Made by a program: the position numbers and the translations under genes. From the NCBI GenBank assembly GCA_965225945.1, contig CBDDBZ010000025.1, forward strand, positions 64,001 through 128,000: 64,000 bases of DNA, written 5' to 3'. The notes below the pieces were generated by a model, which did not search any database, was not told the origin of the DNA, and saw only the letters and a program-made list of their open reading frames with translations. This DNA comes from Alphaproteobacteria bacterium (GTDB lineage: Bacteria > Pseudomonadota > Alphaproteobacteria > GCA-2731375). Positions 46,828 to 57,074 of the stretch are shown here, in pieces (the first letter of the stretch is position 1; each line of letters opens with the position of its first letter).

Positions 46828-48234
46828 TCAGCCGGCCCCCGATCGGCGTGCGGCGTCGTCCATCCGTAAGAGCGCCGCCGGGGGCCGGATCACCTCGGTG
46901 TCCTCGTCCCTGGCCGGGCTCGGCGGCGGGGCCAGCAGCTTCGGCGCGCCCGGCGGACGGCCCCACTCGATGCGGTCGAAGGCGCCGCAGTTCGGGCAGC
47001 TCGCTTGCCAAGTCTCGCCGCGCCAGCCACAGGCGCCGCAGCGCCAGGCGAGGCCGTCACCGAGGTGGGCGGCCCGCTCCAGCCATTCGCGGGCGGCCGC
47101 CTCGCCGCCCTCGGCGGCCAGCGCCAACGCGGCGCGCAAGCGATAGACCCGCGCGTCCGGGCCGTCGGCGAGCGCCGCCTCCAACGACTGGCGCGCGTCA
47201 TCCCAGGCCTCGGCGGCGAGCGCCGTTTGCGCCAGCAACAGCCGGCTTTCGAGGTGATCGGGGCGGCCGGCGACGGTCTGTTTCGCCTCCTTCAGGCGCG
47301 AGGCCGCGTCGAGCCCGGCCCACAGTGTCCGCGCCGCGTCGGCCAGTTCCGGGTCGGGCGTCGCCGCCCAGGCGTCGCTCAGCAGGCGCCGTCCGCGCTT
47401 GAGGTCGCGGGCGAGGGCATGCAGGCGCACCATCAGCGCTGCCGCGCTGGCGATGTCTGGCACCAGCTCGCGGGCCTTGCCGGCGGCATCCATGGCTTGG
47501 CGCGTCTCGCCCGCTTCCAAGTGGTGGCGGGCCCGGCCGATCAGCGCCACGCCGCGCCGCCGGGCGAGCGCCTCACCCCGGATCGCCTTGTGCCGTTGGG
47601 CTTCCTCGAGGGTCGCGAGCGCGCCGGCCCAATCCTCCTCCGAAATTTGGATCTGATAGAGCTCGAGCACTGCCCAGGTCGCGTCGGGCCTGAGCGCCAA
47701 CGCTTCGCGGGCGAGCGTGCGGGCGCGATCGATATCACCGTCGCGCTGCGCCAGGACCAGCAAGCCCCGGGCGCCGAGGAAGGCGCTGTCCGAGTTCTCG
47801 CGCAGTCGTTCGAAGTGCTGCTTGGCTCGAGCCTCGTCGCCGTCGAGCTGTGCCGCTTGCGCCGCCAGGAGCTGCGTCAGCGGTTCGCCCTCCAGCAGCA
47901 TCCGGGCGCGGCGCGCCAGTTTCCCACCCTCGGCTGTATCACCGGCGGCGACGGCGACGAGGCCGCGCGACAGTACCTCGTAGCCGCGTTCGCGACGACG
48001 CCGGACGCGATTTCGCCGCCAGGTGCTCGGCCGCAGGCCGATCCATTGCAGGACGCGGAAAATGGCGATCGCCACCGCGATCAGCACCAACAGCGCCGCC
48101 AGCGCCACGCCGATCGAGGTTTGGATCCGCCAAGCCGCCAGATCCAGCGTCAGGCGGCCCGGATAGTCGGCGAAATAGGCCGCGAGCCAGGCGACCGCCG
48201 CGAGACAGAGAAAATAACCGACGGCGCGGATCAT
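46828..48234 (-). CDS. hemY: HemY-like TPR membrane protein
   Basis: Two N-terminal TM helices, LLAAQAAQ, C-terminal WRCxxCG...CPNC; follows mic60. Confidence 0.85.
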   Translation of the reverse strand: MIRAVGYFLCLAAVAWLAAYFADYPGRLTLDLAAWRIQTSIGVALAALLVLIAVAIAIFRVLQWIGLRPSTWRRNRVRRRRERGYEVLSRGLVAVAAGDTAEGGKLARRARMLLEGEPLTQLLAAQAAQLDGDEARAKQHFERLRENSDSAFLGARGLLVLAQRDGDIDRARTLAREALALRPDATWAVLELYQIQISEEDWAGALATLEEAQRHKAIRGEALARRRGVALIGRARHHLEAGETRQAMDAAGKARELVPDIASAAALMVRLHALARDLKRGRRLLSDAWAATPDPELADAARTLWAGLDAASRLKEAKQTVAGRPDHLESRLLLAQTALAAEAWDDARQSLEAALADGPDARVYRLRAALALAAEGGEAAAREWLERAAHLGDGLAWRCGACGWRGETWQASCPNCGAFDRIEWGRPPGAPKLLAPPPSPARDEDTEVIRPPAALLRMDDAARRSGAG

Positions 48235-48241
48235 TACCGCC

Positions 48242-50293
48242 TCACCCGGCGCCGAGAAGCGCGATGGCGCGCGCGCCCAACACATCGAGCGCGCCGTTGG
48301 CGGCAAGCCAGGCTTCCGCCTCCGCCCGCCAGGGGGCGAGCGCCTCGCCGGCGCCACCGTCGAGCCCCCGGACCGCCTCCAGCGCGCCGCCGACGTCGCT
48401 CCGCTCGAGCCGCGCTTCCGCCCGCGCCAGCGCCGCCTGGGCGTCCTCGCCCGCGACCTCGCCTCGTCGGCGAACGGTGACCAGTCCGGCGATCCGGTGC
48501 CACATATAGTCCCACCATTCGTCCTTGCCGGGTCGGCCCTCGGCCTCGAGGCTCGCCTCGATCAGCGGCTGGAAACTGGCGCGCAGCCGCGCCGGCGTGG
48601 CGATGCCGCCGGCGGCCTTGGCCTCGAGCGTGGCGAGCGCGGCCGCGATCTCGGCGTCACCCTCGGCGAGTGGGGTGATCGTCGTCAGGACCTTGGCGTA
48701 GGCGCGCCCGGATCGGACCGCGTTGTCGAGCTGGCCGACCGCCAGAACCAGGGCTTGGCGGCGCGCCGAATTCCGTATCTCGGCCCGCGCTTCCGTCAAG
48801 TCCTTCACGCTTCCGTCCAGGGCATCGAGGCGGCCGGCGAGTGCGGTCGTCTGGTCGACCACGCCCTCGAGCCGGCCCGCCAACGCTTGCGTGCGTTCGG
48901 CCGCCTCGCTCTCGCCCGTGGTGGCGGACGCCGGCATGCTCCGAAGCTCGGCGATGGCGCGATCGATGGCCGCGAGACGCGCCGTGAACTCGATCGTATC
49001 CGCGGCCCCCGCCTTACCCGCCGCCGCGACGGGCACTGGGCGGGCCTCGATCGCCGTGAGCCGCTTCTCCAGCTCGACGAGGGTGCCGGCGAGCGCGGGA
49101 TCGGCGGCCGAGGCACCTTGGGCGGCGCCCTTCAGGCTCTTTTCCACCCGGTCCAGGCGACGGGCGAGTTGGCGTGCCGGGGCCGGGTCGCTCGGGGTCA
49201 GGGTGGCGACGCGGGCCCCCAGGCTCTCCAATCGCGCTTCCAGCGCCGCCAGCCGCAGCACCCTCGGGTCCTGCAGGAAGTCGGGGAGATAGGGCAGGAG
49301 GTACGGCGACGTCGCCGGCCAAATCAACATGCCGACGATGAAGGCGACCAGCAGGGAAGCGATCCAGGCGAGCTTGACGCCGTGACCGCCGAACGGTCCC
49401 CGGGATGGCGCGTTCGGGCCGTCTCCGAGGGGCGGCTCGCTCCCCTCGTTCGCCCGGCCGGCGGTGTCGGACCCGGTGAAGGGCGTCTCGGTGGACTCCG
49501 CCGAAGTCGTTTCGCTCTTCGTCTCTGCGGGCACGGCCTCGGCGGTCGGATCGTCTTCGGATGGTCCCGGCGTCCTTGCCAATGCGCCCTCCTCCAAGGT
49601 TTCGAGCAGGCCTGCCTCGGTCGGTTCGGCCGCGGTTCTTAACGCCCGCCAATGTATTTCCGCCAGCTCCCGCGCCACGGCGGGGGAGAGGCAACAGGCG
49701 ACGACGTCGCGACACGTGCCCACCAGGTTCGCGCCGCGCACGAGACTAGCAAAGGCGGCGGCGGTGCGCGGCGAAAAAAACAGCGCCGCGTCGATTTGCC
49801 CCTCGACGAGCGCGCGCGCGGCCTCGACCGGCAACGTCGCGGCGGTACGCGCCTCGTAGAGCGTGGCGCGGCGCACCTCAAAGCCGGCGGCCCGCAGCGT
49901 GCCGGCGAGATCGCCGGCGAGATCGCCGGCCGCGATGTGCAGCACCGCGCCGTCGGCGGGCGTCAGGCGCGATTGGACCAGCGCCGCCAGCGCTTGGACA
50001 TCGCCGCCCGCGCTCTCCACCGCTTTGAAGCCGAGTTCGCGGGCCGTTCTCGCCGTGGCGTCACCGACGGCGAGGAGCGGCGGCCGAAGCGGCTTGCCGG
50101 CAACCCGGGCGAGCGCGCGGACGCCGTTGGCGCTGGTCGCCAGGATCGCCTGGATGCCGTCCAGCTCCAGCGTGACGCTATCGTGGAAGTAGATTTCCAA
50201 GAGCGGCGCCCGGACCACCTCGTGACCGAGTCCCTCCAGCCTTTCGACCAGAAGCTGAGCGTCCGCTTGCGCGCGCGTGACCAGGAGACGCAT
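48242..50293 (-). CDS. hemD: Uroporphyrinogen-III synthase fused to mitofilin-domain (alphaMic60) protein
   Basis: N-terminal LLVTR, TSANGV and FFSPRTA (HemD), then linker, TM helix, coiled coil and C-terminal LVTVRR...ARAE...W mitofilin-like domain. Confidence 0.85.
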   Translation of the reverse strand: MRLLVTRAQADAQLLVERLEGLGHEVVRAPLLEIYFHDSVTLELDGIQAILATSANGVRALARVAGKPLRPPLLAVGDATARTARELGFKAVESAGGDVQALAALVQSRLTPADGAVLHIAAGDLAGDLAGTLRAAGFEVRRATLYEARTAATLPVEAARALVEGQIDAALFFSPRTAAAFASLVRGANLVGTCRDVVACCLSPAVARELAEIHWRALRTAAEPTEAGLLETLEEGALARTPGPSEDDPTAEAVPAETKSETTSAESTETPFTGSDTAGRANEGSEPPLGDGPNAPSRGPFGGHGVKLAWIASLLVAFIVGMLIWPATSPYLLPYLPDFLQDPRVLRLAALEARLESLGARVATLTPSDPAPARQLARRLDRVEKSLKGAAQGASAADPALAGTLVELEKRLTAIEARPVPVAAAGKAGAADTIEFTARLAAIDRAIAELRSMPASATTGESEAAERTQALAGRLEGVVDQTTALAGRLDALDGSVKDLTEARAEIRNSARRQALVLAVGQLDNAVRSGRAYAKVLTTITPLAEGDAEIAAALATLEAKAAGGIATPARLRASFQPLIEASLEAEGRPGKDEWWDYMWHRIAGLVTVRRRGEVAGEDAQAALARAEARLERSDVGGALEAVRGLDGGAGEALAPWRAEAEAWLAANGALDVLGARAIALLGAG

Positions 50294-50300
50294 GGCGCCC

Positions 50301-51236
50301 TCACGGTCCGTCGACGAAGAAGTCCGGTCCCGCGCGGCGCAACAGCTCCAGCCCTGCCTCGCGGCCGAGCGCCGGCCCGTCCGCCGCCGGACCGCGCCGC
50401 GAGGTGGCGTGCCGCGCGCGCCCGTCGGGCGAGAGGATCTCGCCCTGGAAGGCGATCAACCCCTCGGCGTCGAGACTGGCGAGGCCGGCGATCGGGGTCC
50501 GGCAGGAACCGTCGAGCGCGGCGAGAAAAGCCCGTTCGGTGGCGACGCGAAGCGCCGAGGGCGCATCATCGATGGGTGCCAGCAGCGCCCGCGTGGCCGC
50601 GTCGTCGGCGCGGATCTCTATACCGATGGCGCCTTGCGCCACCGCGGGCAAAATCTCCGCCGGCGCCACCGGGACGCCGTACCGGCCGCCGAGGCCGAGG
50701 CGCCGGAGCCCCGCCTCGGCCAGCAGCATCGCGTCGGCCTCGCCCGACTCGAAGCGCGCCAAGCGGGTCCCCAGATTGCCCCTGTTCTCGATGATCCGGA
50801 GGTCCGGGCGGCAATATAGCGCCTGCGCGCGGCGGCGCAGCGAGGAGGTGGCCAGCACCGCGCCCTCCGCCAGCCCGTCGAGCGTGTCCGCATCCCGCGC
50901 CAGCAGGACATCGCGCGGGTCTTCCCGGGGCAAGACGCAGGCAATCTCCATGCCGTCCGGCAGCACCGTCGCCACGTCCTTCATGGAATGGACCGCGAGG
51001 TCGATCTCGCCGGCCGCGAGCGCCGCCTCGATCTCCTTGGTGAAGAGGCCCTTGCCGCCGACTTCGCGCAGCGGCTTGTCTTGAATACGGTCGCCGCTGG
51101 TGGCTATGGCAACGACGGCGATCGCGCCCCGATCGAGCCCGTGCGCCACGGCCAGGCGGTCGCGCACCTCCTCGGCCTGGGCCAGGGCGAGCGGGCTGCC
51201 GCGGGTGCCGATGCGAAGCGTCGGTTGCGGGCTCAT
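50301..51236 (-). CDS. hemC: Hydroxymethylbilane synthase
   Basis: [26 protein letters not shown] and GSCRTP motifs. Confidence 0.96.
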   Translation of the reverse strand: MSPQPTLRIGTRGSPLALAQAEEVRDRLAVAHGLDRGAIAVVAIATSGDRIQDKPLREVGGKGLFTKEIEAALAAGEIDLAVHSMKDVATVLPDGMEIACVLPREDPRDVLLARDADTLDGLAEGAVLATSSLRRRAQALYCRPDLRIIENRGNLGTRLARFESGEADAMLLAEAGLRRLGLGGRYGVPVAPAEILPAVAQGAIGIEIRADDAATRALLAPIDDAPSALRVATERAFLAALDGSCRTPIAGLASLDAEGLIAFQGEILSPDGRARHATSRRGPAADGPALGREAGLELLRRAGPDFFVDGP

Positions 51237-51314
51237 GCCCCCGGTGCTAAGCGCTTCGGTGGCTCGGCGCAAGGCGGAATCGGAGCCCGCCCGCCGGCCC
51301 CGGGAGAGCCAGGC

Positions 51315-52373
51315 GTGAACGACCCCACGATCCGCGTCCTCGGCATCGAGACCAGTTGCGACGAAACCGCGGCGGCGCTCGTCAGGGGCGACGGCCGCAT
51401 CCTCGCCGAGCGGTTGGCGAGCCAGACGGCCGAGCACGCGCCCTACGGCGGCGTGGTGCCGGAGATCGCCGCGCGCGCCCATGTCTCGCGGCTGGACCAT
51501 CTGATCGCCGATGTGATGGCGGAAGCGAAGCTGCCGTTGGGTGAAATCGACGCGGTCGCCGCGACCGCCGGCCCCGGCCTGATCGGCGGCCTGCTGGTCG
51601 GTCTCTCGACGGCGAAGGCGATCGCCTCCATCCTCGCCAAGCCCCTGCTCGCGGTCAACCACCTGGAAGGCCATGCCTTGAGCGCCCGCCTGGTCGCCGA
51701 GGTGCCGTTTCCCTATCTGCTGCTGCTGGTCTCGGGCGGGCACTGCCAGTTGCAGCTGGTGCGCGGCGTCGGGCGCTACGATCGCCTGGGCACGACGATC
51801 GACGACGCGGTGGGGGAGGCCTTCGACAAGACCGCGATCCTGCTCGGCCTCGGCTTTCCGGGCGGGCCGGCGATCGAGCGGGCGGCGGTGGACGGTCGGG
51901 CCGACGCCTATCCGCTGCCCCGCCCGATGCGGGCGCGCGAGGGTGCCAATTTCTCCTTCTCCGGCCTGAAGACGGCGGTGCGCTACCTGCTGGAGCGCGA
52001 GCCCGGAGCGCGGCCGGCGGACGTGGCGGCGAGCTTTCAGGCGGCGGTGGTCGAGGTGCTGGTGGACCGCACTCGCCGGGCCATCGCCATGGCCCGCGCG
52101 CGCGACGGCGCGACGGCGCATCTGGTCGTCGCCGGCGGTGTCGCCGCCAACCGCGCGATTCGTGGCGCAATGGCGGAGCTCGCAGGCAGCGAAGGCTTGG
52201 ACCTGGTGGTGCCGCCGCCCCGGCTCTGCACCGACAACGCGGTGATGATCGCCTGGGCCGGGGTGGAGCGCCTGCGTCTCGGGCTGATAGACGACCTCTC
52301 GGCACCTGCCCGGGCCCGCTGGCCGCTCGACCCCGACGCCAAGCCCGCGCCCTTCGCGGGCGTCAAGGCATAG
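51315..52373 (+). CDS. tsaD: tRNA N6-adenosine threonylcarbamoyltransferase
   Basis: [19 protein letters not shown] and CTDNAVM motifs. Confidence 0.96.
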   Translation: MNDPTIRVLGIETSCDETAAALVRGDGRILAERLASQTAEHAPYGGVVPEIAARAHVSRLDHLIADVMAEAKLPLGEIDAVAATAGPGLIGGLLVGLSTAKAIASILAKPLLAVNHLEGHALSARLVAEVPFPYLLLLVSGGHCQLQLVRGVGRYDRLGTTIDDAVGEAFDKTAILLGLGFPGGPAIERAAVDGRADAYPLPRPMRAREGANFSFSGLKTAVRYLLEREPGARPADVAASFQAAVVEVLVDRTRRAIAMARARDGATAHLVVAGGVAANRAIRGAMAELAGSEGLDLVVPPPRLCTDNAVMIAWAGVERLRLGLIDDLSAPARARWPLDPDAKPAPFAGVKA

Positions 52374-52395
52374 CGCTGGGCGTCCGCCCCCGGCG

Positions 52396-53157
52396 CTATC
52401 CGATACCCGCGCGTCGGCGGAAGGCGGGGTCGGCGAGGGAGATCTCCTGGCCGCTCAGGTCGCGCGCCGCCGGGGTGCAAAGATAGACGATGGCCCGCGC
52501 GGGATCGTCGAGCGAACCCAGATTCTCGCGGGGAATCCGGCTTACCGGGTTGATCCCCGAGGCGCGGATTTGCACCTGCATGTCGGTGTCAACCGTGCCG
52601 GGAGAGAGACCATGGACGCGAATTCCATCGCCGCCGGCCTCCAGCGCCAGCGAGCGCGTCACCATGGCCAAGCCGGCCTTGCCCGCGCAATAGGCGCTCC
52701 AGCCCTCGAGGGGGCGGTGGGCGGCGCCGGAGGACAGGTTGATGATGGTCCCCCGACCGGCCGCGCGCATGGCCGCCAGCACGGCATGAATGCAGTTGTA
52801 GGCACCGATCAGATTGATCTCGATATTGCGGACCCAGGCCGAGGGATCGCCGTCGCCGAGCCGGCCGATCGGCTCGACCACGCCGGCATTGTTGACCAGT
52901 GCCTCGATCGGCCCGAGCCGGTCGCGGGTGGCCCGGACCATGGCCACGACCTGAGCCCAATCGGCGACGTCCGTGGCCATGGCTTCGGCCCGGCCGCCGG
53001 CGTCGCGAATTCGCCGGGCGACGGCCTCGGCCTGGGCGCCGTTGCGGGCCGCGAGCATGACCGCCGCGCTCGCCGCGCCCAAGGCCCTCGCCGCGGCGGC
53101 GCCGATCCCTCGGCTCGCCCCGGTGACGACGACCACTTGCCCGCCCAACCCATCCAT
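52396..53157 (-). CDS. SDR family oxidoreductase
   Basis: TGASRGIG, NNAG and YCAGK motifs. Confidence 0.9.
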   Translation of the reverse strand: MDGLGGQVVVVTGASRGIGAAAARALGAASAAVMLAARNGAQAEAVARRIRDAGGRAEAMATDVADWAQVVAMVRATRDRLGPIEALVNNAGVVEPIGRLGDGDPSAWVRNIEINLIGAYNCIHAVLAAMRAAGRGTIINLSSGAAHRPLEGWSAYCAGKAGLAMVTRSLALEAGGDGIRVHGLSPGTVDTDMQVQIRASGINPVSRIPRENLGSLDDPARAIVYLCTPAARDLSGQEISLADPAFRRRAGIG

Positions 53158-53267
53158 ATTCGTCGCTCCCTCGCATTCTCGTCCCTCGGGCGGCGGCGTA
53201 TGGCGCCGCATTTTCAGGTCCTTGTCGGTTTCGATTGCCGCGCCGTCCCGCTCGGCGGAGGGCGGGC

Positions 53268-54086
53268 TCAATTCGCGTGGATCCACCAGAGCAGGCCGCC
53301 GCCCAGGATCAGGCGGTAGATCACGAAGATCGTGTAGCTGGAGTGGCGCACCCAGAACATCAGGAAGGCGATGGCGAGCAGCGCCGCGACGAAGGCCAGC
53401 GCACCGGCCACGAGCACGGATATACCGAACTGGAGATCGCCGCTCGCCGCCACCTCGACCGTGGCGTAGCCGCCGGCGGCGAGGATCGCCGGGATCGACA
53501 GCAGCATCGAGAAGCGCGCCGCCGCCGCCCGCTCCATCCCCAGCAGGCGGCCGCCGATGATGCAGGCGCCGGCCCGGCTGGTGCCCGGAACCAGCGCGAA
53601 ACACTGAATCAGGCCGATGAGCAGCGCGCCGCGCCAGGTCAGCTGGTCGAACGCGCCGGTGGTCCGCCCCGTTAGATCGACGGTATAGAGGACGGCGGCG
53701 AAGACGATGGTGGCCCAGGCGATCACCTCGAGCGAGCGCAGCATCTCGTCGATACCGAAGCGGGTCAGAGCCACGCCGGCGACGATCAGCGGGATCGTGC
53801 CCACCGCGAGCAGAACCAGGAGCGGCGTGTCCGGCGTCGCCTGGCCGCGGGCCAGCGCCAGGAGCGCGCGCAGCAGGCGGCGAACCTCGTCGCGGAAATA
53901 GATCCCCACCGCCCCGAGGGTGCCGACATGGACGGCGATGTCGAGCTCGATCCCCTGGTCCGGCCACTCGGCGATCACCGGCACCAGGATCAGATGGGCC
54001 GACGAGCTTATCGGCAGAAATTCGGTGATGCCCTGGACCAGCGCCAGGACGACAATCTGCACCAGCCCGACCGGACCTTCCGCCAT
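53268..54086 (-). CDS. uppP: Undecaprenyl-diphosphate phosphatase
   Basis: QGITEFLPISSSAHL and PGTSR motifs. Confidence 0.95.
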   Translation of the reverse strand: MAEGPVGLVQIVVLALVQGITEFLPISSSAHLILVPVIAEWPDQGIELDIAVHVGTLGAVGIYFRDEVRRLLRALLALARGQATPDTPLLVLLAVGTIPLIVAGVALTRFGIDEMLRSLEVIAWATIVFAAVLYTVDLTGRTTGAFDQLTWRGALLIGLIQCFALVPGTSRAGACIIGGRLLGMERAAAARFSMLLSIPAILAAGGYATVEVAASGDLQFGISVLVAGALAFVAALLAIAFLMFWVRHSSYTIFVIYRLILGGGLLWWIHAN

Positions 54087-54185
54087 GGTGTCCCCTCGTT
54101 GGCGCCGTTACCGTCGCATTCGGCAGCGTCCGGTGTTCTTCCTAAGTCCTTTATACCACGGGGATTCTGGTCCGACTCGCGGAAT

Positions 54186-54971
54186 TTAATCTCGATTTGA
54201 CTCGATAGCCGCTAGACATGCCGTGTCGACGACGAGTTCGCGGAGCAGGCGGCGGAGATCGCCGAAATTTTCGAAGGTCGCGTCGGGCGCCGCCTCGCCC
54301 GCGCCGATCGAGACCTCGGGGCGGCGCATCTGCAGCGCCGTGATGCCGAAGCCGCGGGCGCCCTGGATATCTTTCACCGGATCGTCGCCGATCATCCAGA
54401 CCTCGGCCGGCGAGACGCCGAGCTTGTCGATCACCAGCCGGAAGGGCGCGAAGGCCGGCTTGTCGGCACCCGCCTCCTCCGAGGTCACGACGAAGTCGAA
54501 GGCCCCCTCGAGGCCGAAGTAGATCAGCTTGCGGAACTGGATTTGGGCGGTGAGGTCGGTGAGGACCGCCGTCGCGATCCCGGCGCTCCGGAGGTCGCGG
54601 ACAAAGTCGTCGACCTCCGCGAACAAGCGCGCATGCGCCAGAAAGGCCCGCCAGTAGGTCTGCTCCAGGTCCAGGCTGGTCAGCGGCCGGCTCTTCATGC
54701 CGAGTAATTCGACGGCGCGGTGGTAGTAGAGCAATCGGTTGTGGGAGCTCGCGGTATCGCCCAACTGCGACTTCACCGCCGCGCGCCCTCGTGCCACCGC
54801 CTCGCGGAACGCCCCTCGCTCGACGCCCAGCAATTGGACCGCCTTCTCCTCGACGATCTCGCTCGCCGCCTCATGCGCGGGTGCGTAGGCGTAAAGGGTG
54901 TCGTCGAAATCGAGGATCACCGCGGCCGGCGCCTTGGCCAGCGCATCCGGGGTCAATCGCTTCACCGCCAT
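54186..54971 (-). CDS. HAD-superfamily hydrolase
   Basis: DFDDTL, KP and GDDPVKD motifs. Confidence 0.88.
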   Translation of the reverse strand: MAVKRLTPDALAKAPAAVILDFDDTLYAYAPAHEAASEIVEEKAVQLLGVERGAFREAVARGRAAVKSQLGDTASSHNRLLYYHRAVELLGMKSRPLTSLDLEQTYWRAFLAHARLFAEVDDFVRDLRSAGIATAVLTDLTAQIQFRKLIYFGLEGAFDFVVTSEEAGADKPAFAPFRLVIDKLGVSPAEVWMIGDDPVKDIQGARGFGITALQMRRPEVSIGAGEAAPDATFENFGDLRRLLRELVVDTACLAAIESNRD

Positions 54972-57043
54972 GTTCGGTCCCTCAACGCTTGCTCGATCTC
55001 GACCAAGGTGACGAGCTGCATGATACCGCCCATTCGCCCGCTCCATGTCGGCGAGCGGTCCAACAGCTCGTCAAGCCGGGGTACCAGCATTTGCGCGGCG
55101 AGCGCGATATCCGCCGCCGCCACCTCGCCGTCGACCGTGAAGGCGACCGTGGCCTCGTGGTCGATCTCCTCGACATCGACCCTGAGGCCGCAGACCCCGA
55201 TCAGGACTCGCGACAACTGTTCGTAGTAGAGCCCTTCGCGCAGCCGGACGTGCAGCTTCACCCGGGTTTCGTCGATTCCCCGCTCGTCGCGGAGCATATC
55301 GGGGTGGACCGGCAGGAGGGTGAAGACGAGGTCGGCGTGGCGTGCCTGGGGCTGGATGTAACGCGCGCCGTCAGGTCGGCGGCGTTCGATCGAGGCGGTG
55401 ACCGCCGCCGGATCATGCCCGCGCTCGCCGACGTCGCGGGCGATCTTCCAATGGCGACGCAGGTCTTCCTCGGTGGCGACGAAGATGGCGAGGTCGAGGC
55501 GGCTCCGGAGCTCCGGCGGATAGAGCGTGTGCAAGCCGGAGACGATGACCACGTCGTTCGGCGGGATCACCTCGGGCGCCGTGAACCGCCCGGTGGCGTG
55601 ATCGTAGCGCCGGGCGACGACCCGGCGACCCTCGATCATGCCGAGCGCGTCCTCGGTGAACCGCCGGAGGTCGTTGGCGCGTGGGTCGAGATGGGTCAGC
55701 GCGCGCCACATCGGCTCCTGCCGTTCCCAGTTGTGATAGTCGTCGCCGGTGACATGGGTCACCGCCCGCTCGCCGAAGAGCCCGGCGATCGCCAACGCCA
55801 ATGTGCTCTTGCCGGTGCCGGAATCGCCGGCAATGCCGATCGCCAGCGGGCGGCGGCCGAGCCGGTGGAAGTCGTTGCCGGTGATCCCGCGCCGGTACAT
55901 GCCCACCGCCAACACGACCCCGAGCGCGGTGACCAGGGTGAGCCAGAGCGAGCGCGCGTGCGGCGTCACATGGGCGGCGAACTCCGCCCCCTGCCAGGTG
56001 TAGTCGAGGCCGAGGAACGGCACCCCGGCGCCCTGCGAATAGAGCAGGTGATAGGGGATCAGCAGCAGCGCGAAGACGCTGGTCAGGAAGACGGCGTTGC
56101 CGCCCACTCGGAGCTGGTGGAGGGCGAGGAAAGGCAGCACCCAGAGGTACCAGCCGACCGAGGCCGGCGTCATCAAGACGACGACGACGAAGACGACGCC
56201 GAGGATCGCCAACAGCAGCTCGAAATTCTGCCGGCGAAACCGCCAGACGACGTAGAGCACCAGGAGATAGACCAAGGGCGTCAGATAGATGCCGAGGCCC
56301 GGCGCGAGGTCGATCGAGAGCTGATAGACCTTGCCGATCTCACGGCTGCCGAAGACCATCTGGGTGAAGCCGGGCGAGAGTAGCCAAGGCCCCTGGGCCG
56401 CCAGCAAGGTGGCGGCGGCGGCGGCGGCGAAGGGGATCGCCAGGTCGCGCGTCCGCTTGTTGACCCAGAGGTAGAGCAGCAGGAAGGGTGCCGCGAGCAC
56501 CATCGACAGCTTGGCGACGATGGCGAGGCCGGTGGCGATGCCGGCGGCATGCGGCCTGGCGCTCTTCAGATAGAGCAGCGCGCCGAGCAGAAAGGCGACC
56601 GGCACCACGTCGGTCTGGCCGTGCCAATAGGTGATGTAGAAGGAGAAGGGCGAAAGCCAGTAGAAGATCAGGATCTCGCGCGGACGGTCGTCGACGATTC
56701 GGGTCAGCAACAGCAGTGCCCAGACGTCGGCGAACAACAGGCTCGCGCGGAATCCGACGCCGGCCAGATAGTCGATATTCAGCAGTTGATCGGCCAGCAT
56801 CCCGACGGCGACCGACGGCAGGTGCGCCAGCAGCATAACGGTGCCATAGGGAAAGGCGAGCGCATCGCCGCCCTGGGCGATGAAGTCGGTCCAGGGGTCC
56901 GCGCTCGGCGAGGTCACCAGGAATTGGACGAAGGGCAGGAACCATTCTCGCTGCACCTCCGGCACCACCAGGGCGACGAGCAGCAGCTTCGCCACCAAGC
57001 CCGCCCGGAAGAGCGGCTGTCGCGAGAGCGCCTTCAGGTCCAT
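54962..57043 (-). CDS. GT-C-like multi-pass membrane protein fused to a phosphoribulokinase/uridine kinase-family domain
   Basis: About 10-12 hydrophobic segments with FPYG, HGQTD and AK motifs; then GDSGTGKST, DDYH, RDVGERGH and YIQPQ. Confidence 0.8.
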   Translation of the reverse strand: MDLKALSRQPLFRAGLVAKLLLVALVVPEVQREWFLPFVQFLVTSPSADPWTDFIAQGGDALAFPYGTVMLLAHLPSVAVGMLADQLLNIDYLAGVGFRASLLFADVWALLLLTRIVDDRPREILIFYWLSPFSFYITYWHGQTDVVPVAFLLGALLYLKSARPHAAGIATGLAIVAKLSMVLAAPFLLLYLWVNKRTRDLAIPFAAAAAATLLAAQGPWLLSPGFTQMVFGSREIGKVYQLSIDLAPGLGIYLTPLVYLLVLYVVWRFRRQNFELLLAILGVVFVVVVLMTPASVGWYLWVLPFLALHQLRVGGNAVFLTSVFALLLIPYHLLYSQGAGVPFLGLDYTWQGAEFAAHVTPHARSLWLTLVTALGVVLAVGMYRRGITGNDFHRLGRRPLAIGIAGDSGTGKSTLALAIAGLFGERAVTHVTGDDYHNWERQEPMWRALTHLDPRANDLRRFTEDALGMIEGRRVVARRYDHATGRFTAPEVIPPNDVVIVSGLHTLYPPELRSRLDLAIFVATEEDLRRHWKIARDVGERGHDPAAVTASIERRRPDGARYIQPQARHADLVFTLLPVHPDMLRDERGIDETRVKLHVRLREGLYYEQLSRVLIGVCGLRVDVEEIDHEATVAFTVDGEVAAADIALAAQMLVPRLDELLDRSPTWSGRMGGIMQLVTLVEIEQALRDRTWR

Positions 57044-57074
57044 CACGGCAAGCCTGGCGCGCGCGAGCTTCGGA

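Noticed and set aside
54962-55860. Calvin cycle (cbb) operon
   Set aside because: The PRK-like domain is fused to a membrane protein among glycosylation genes, with no RuBisCO or other cbb genes nearby
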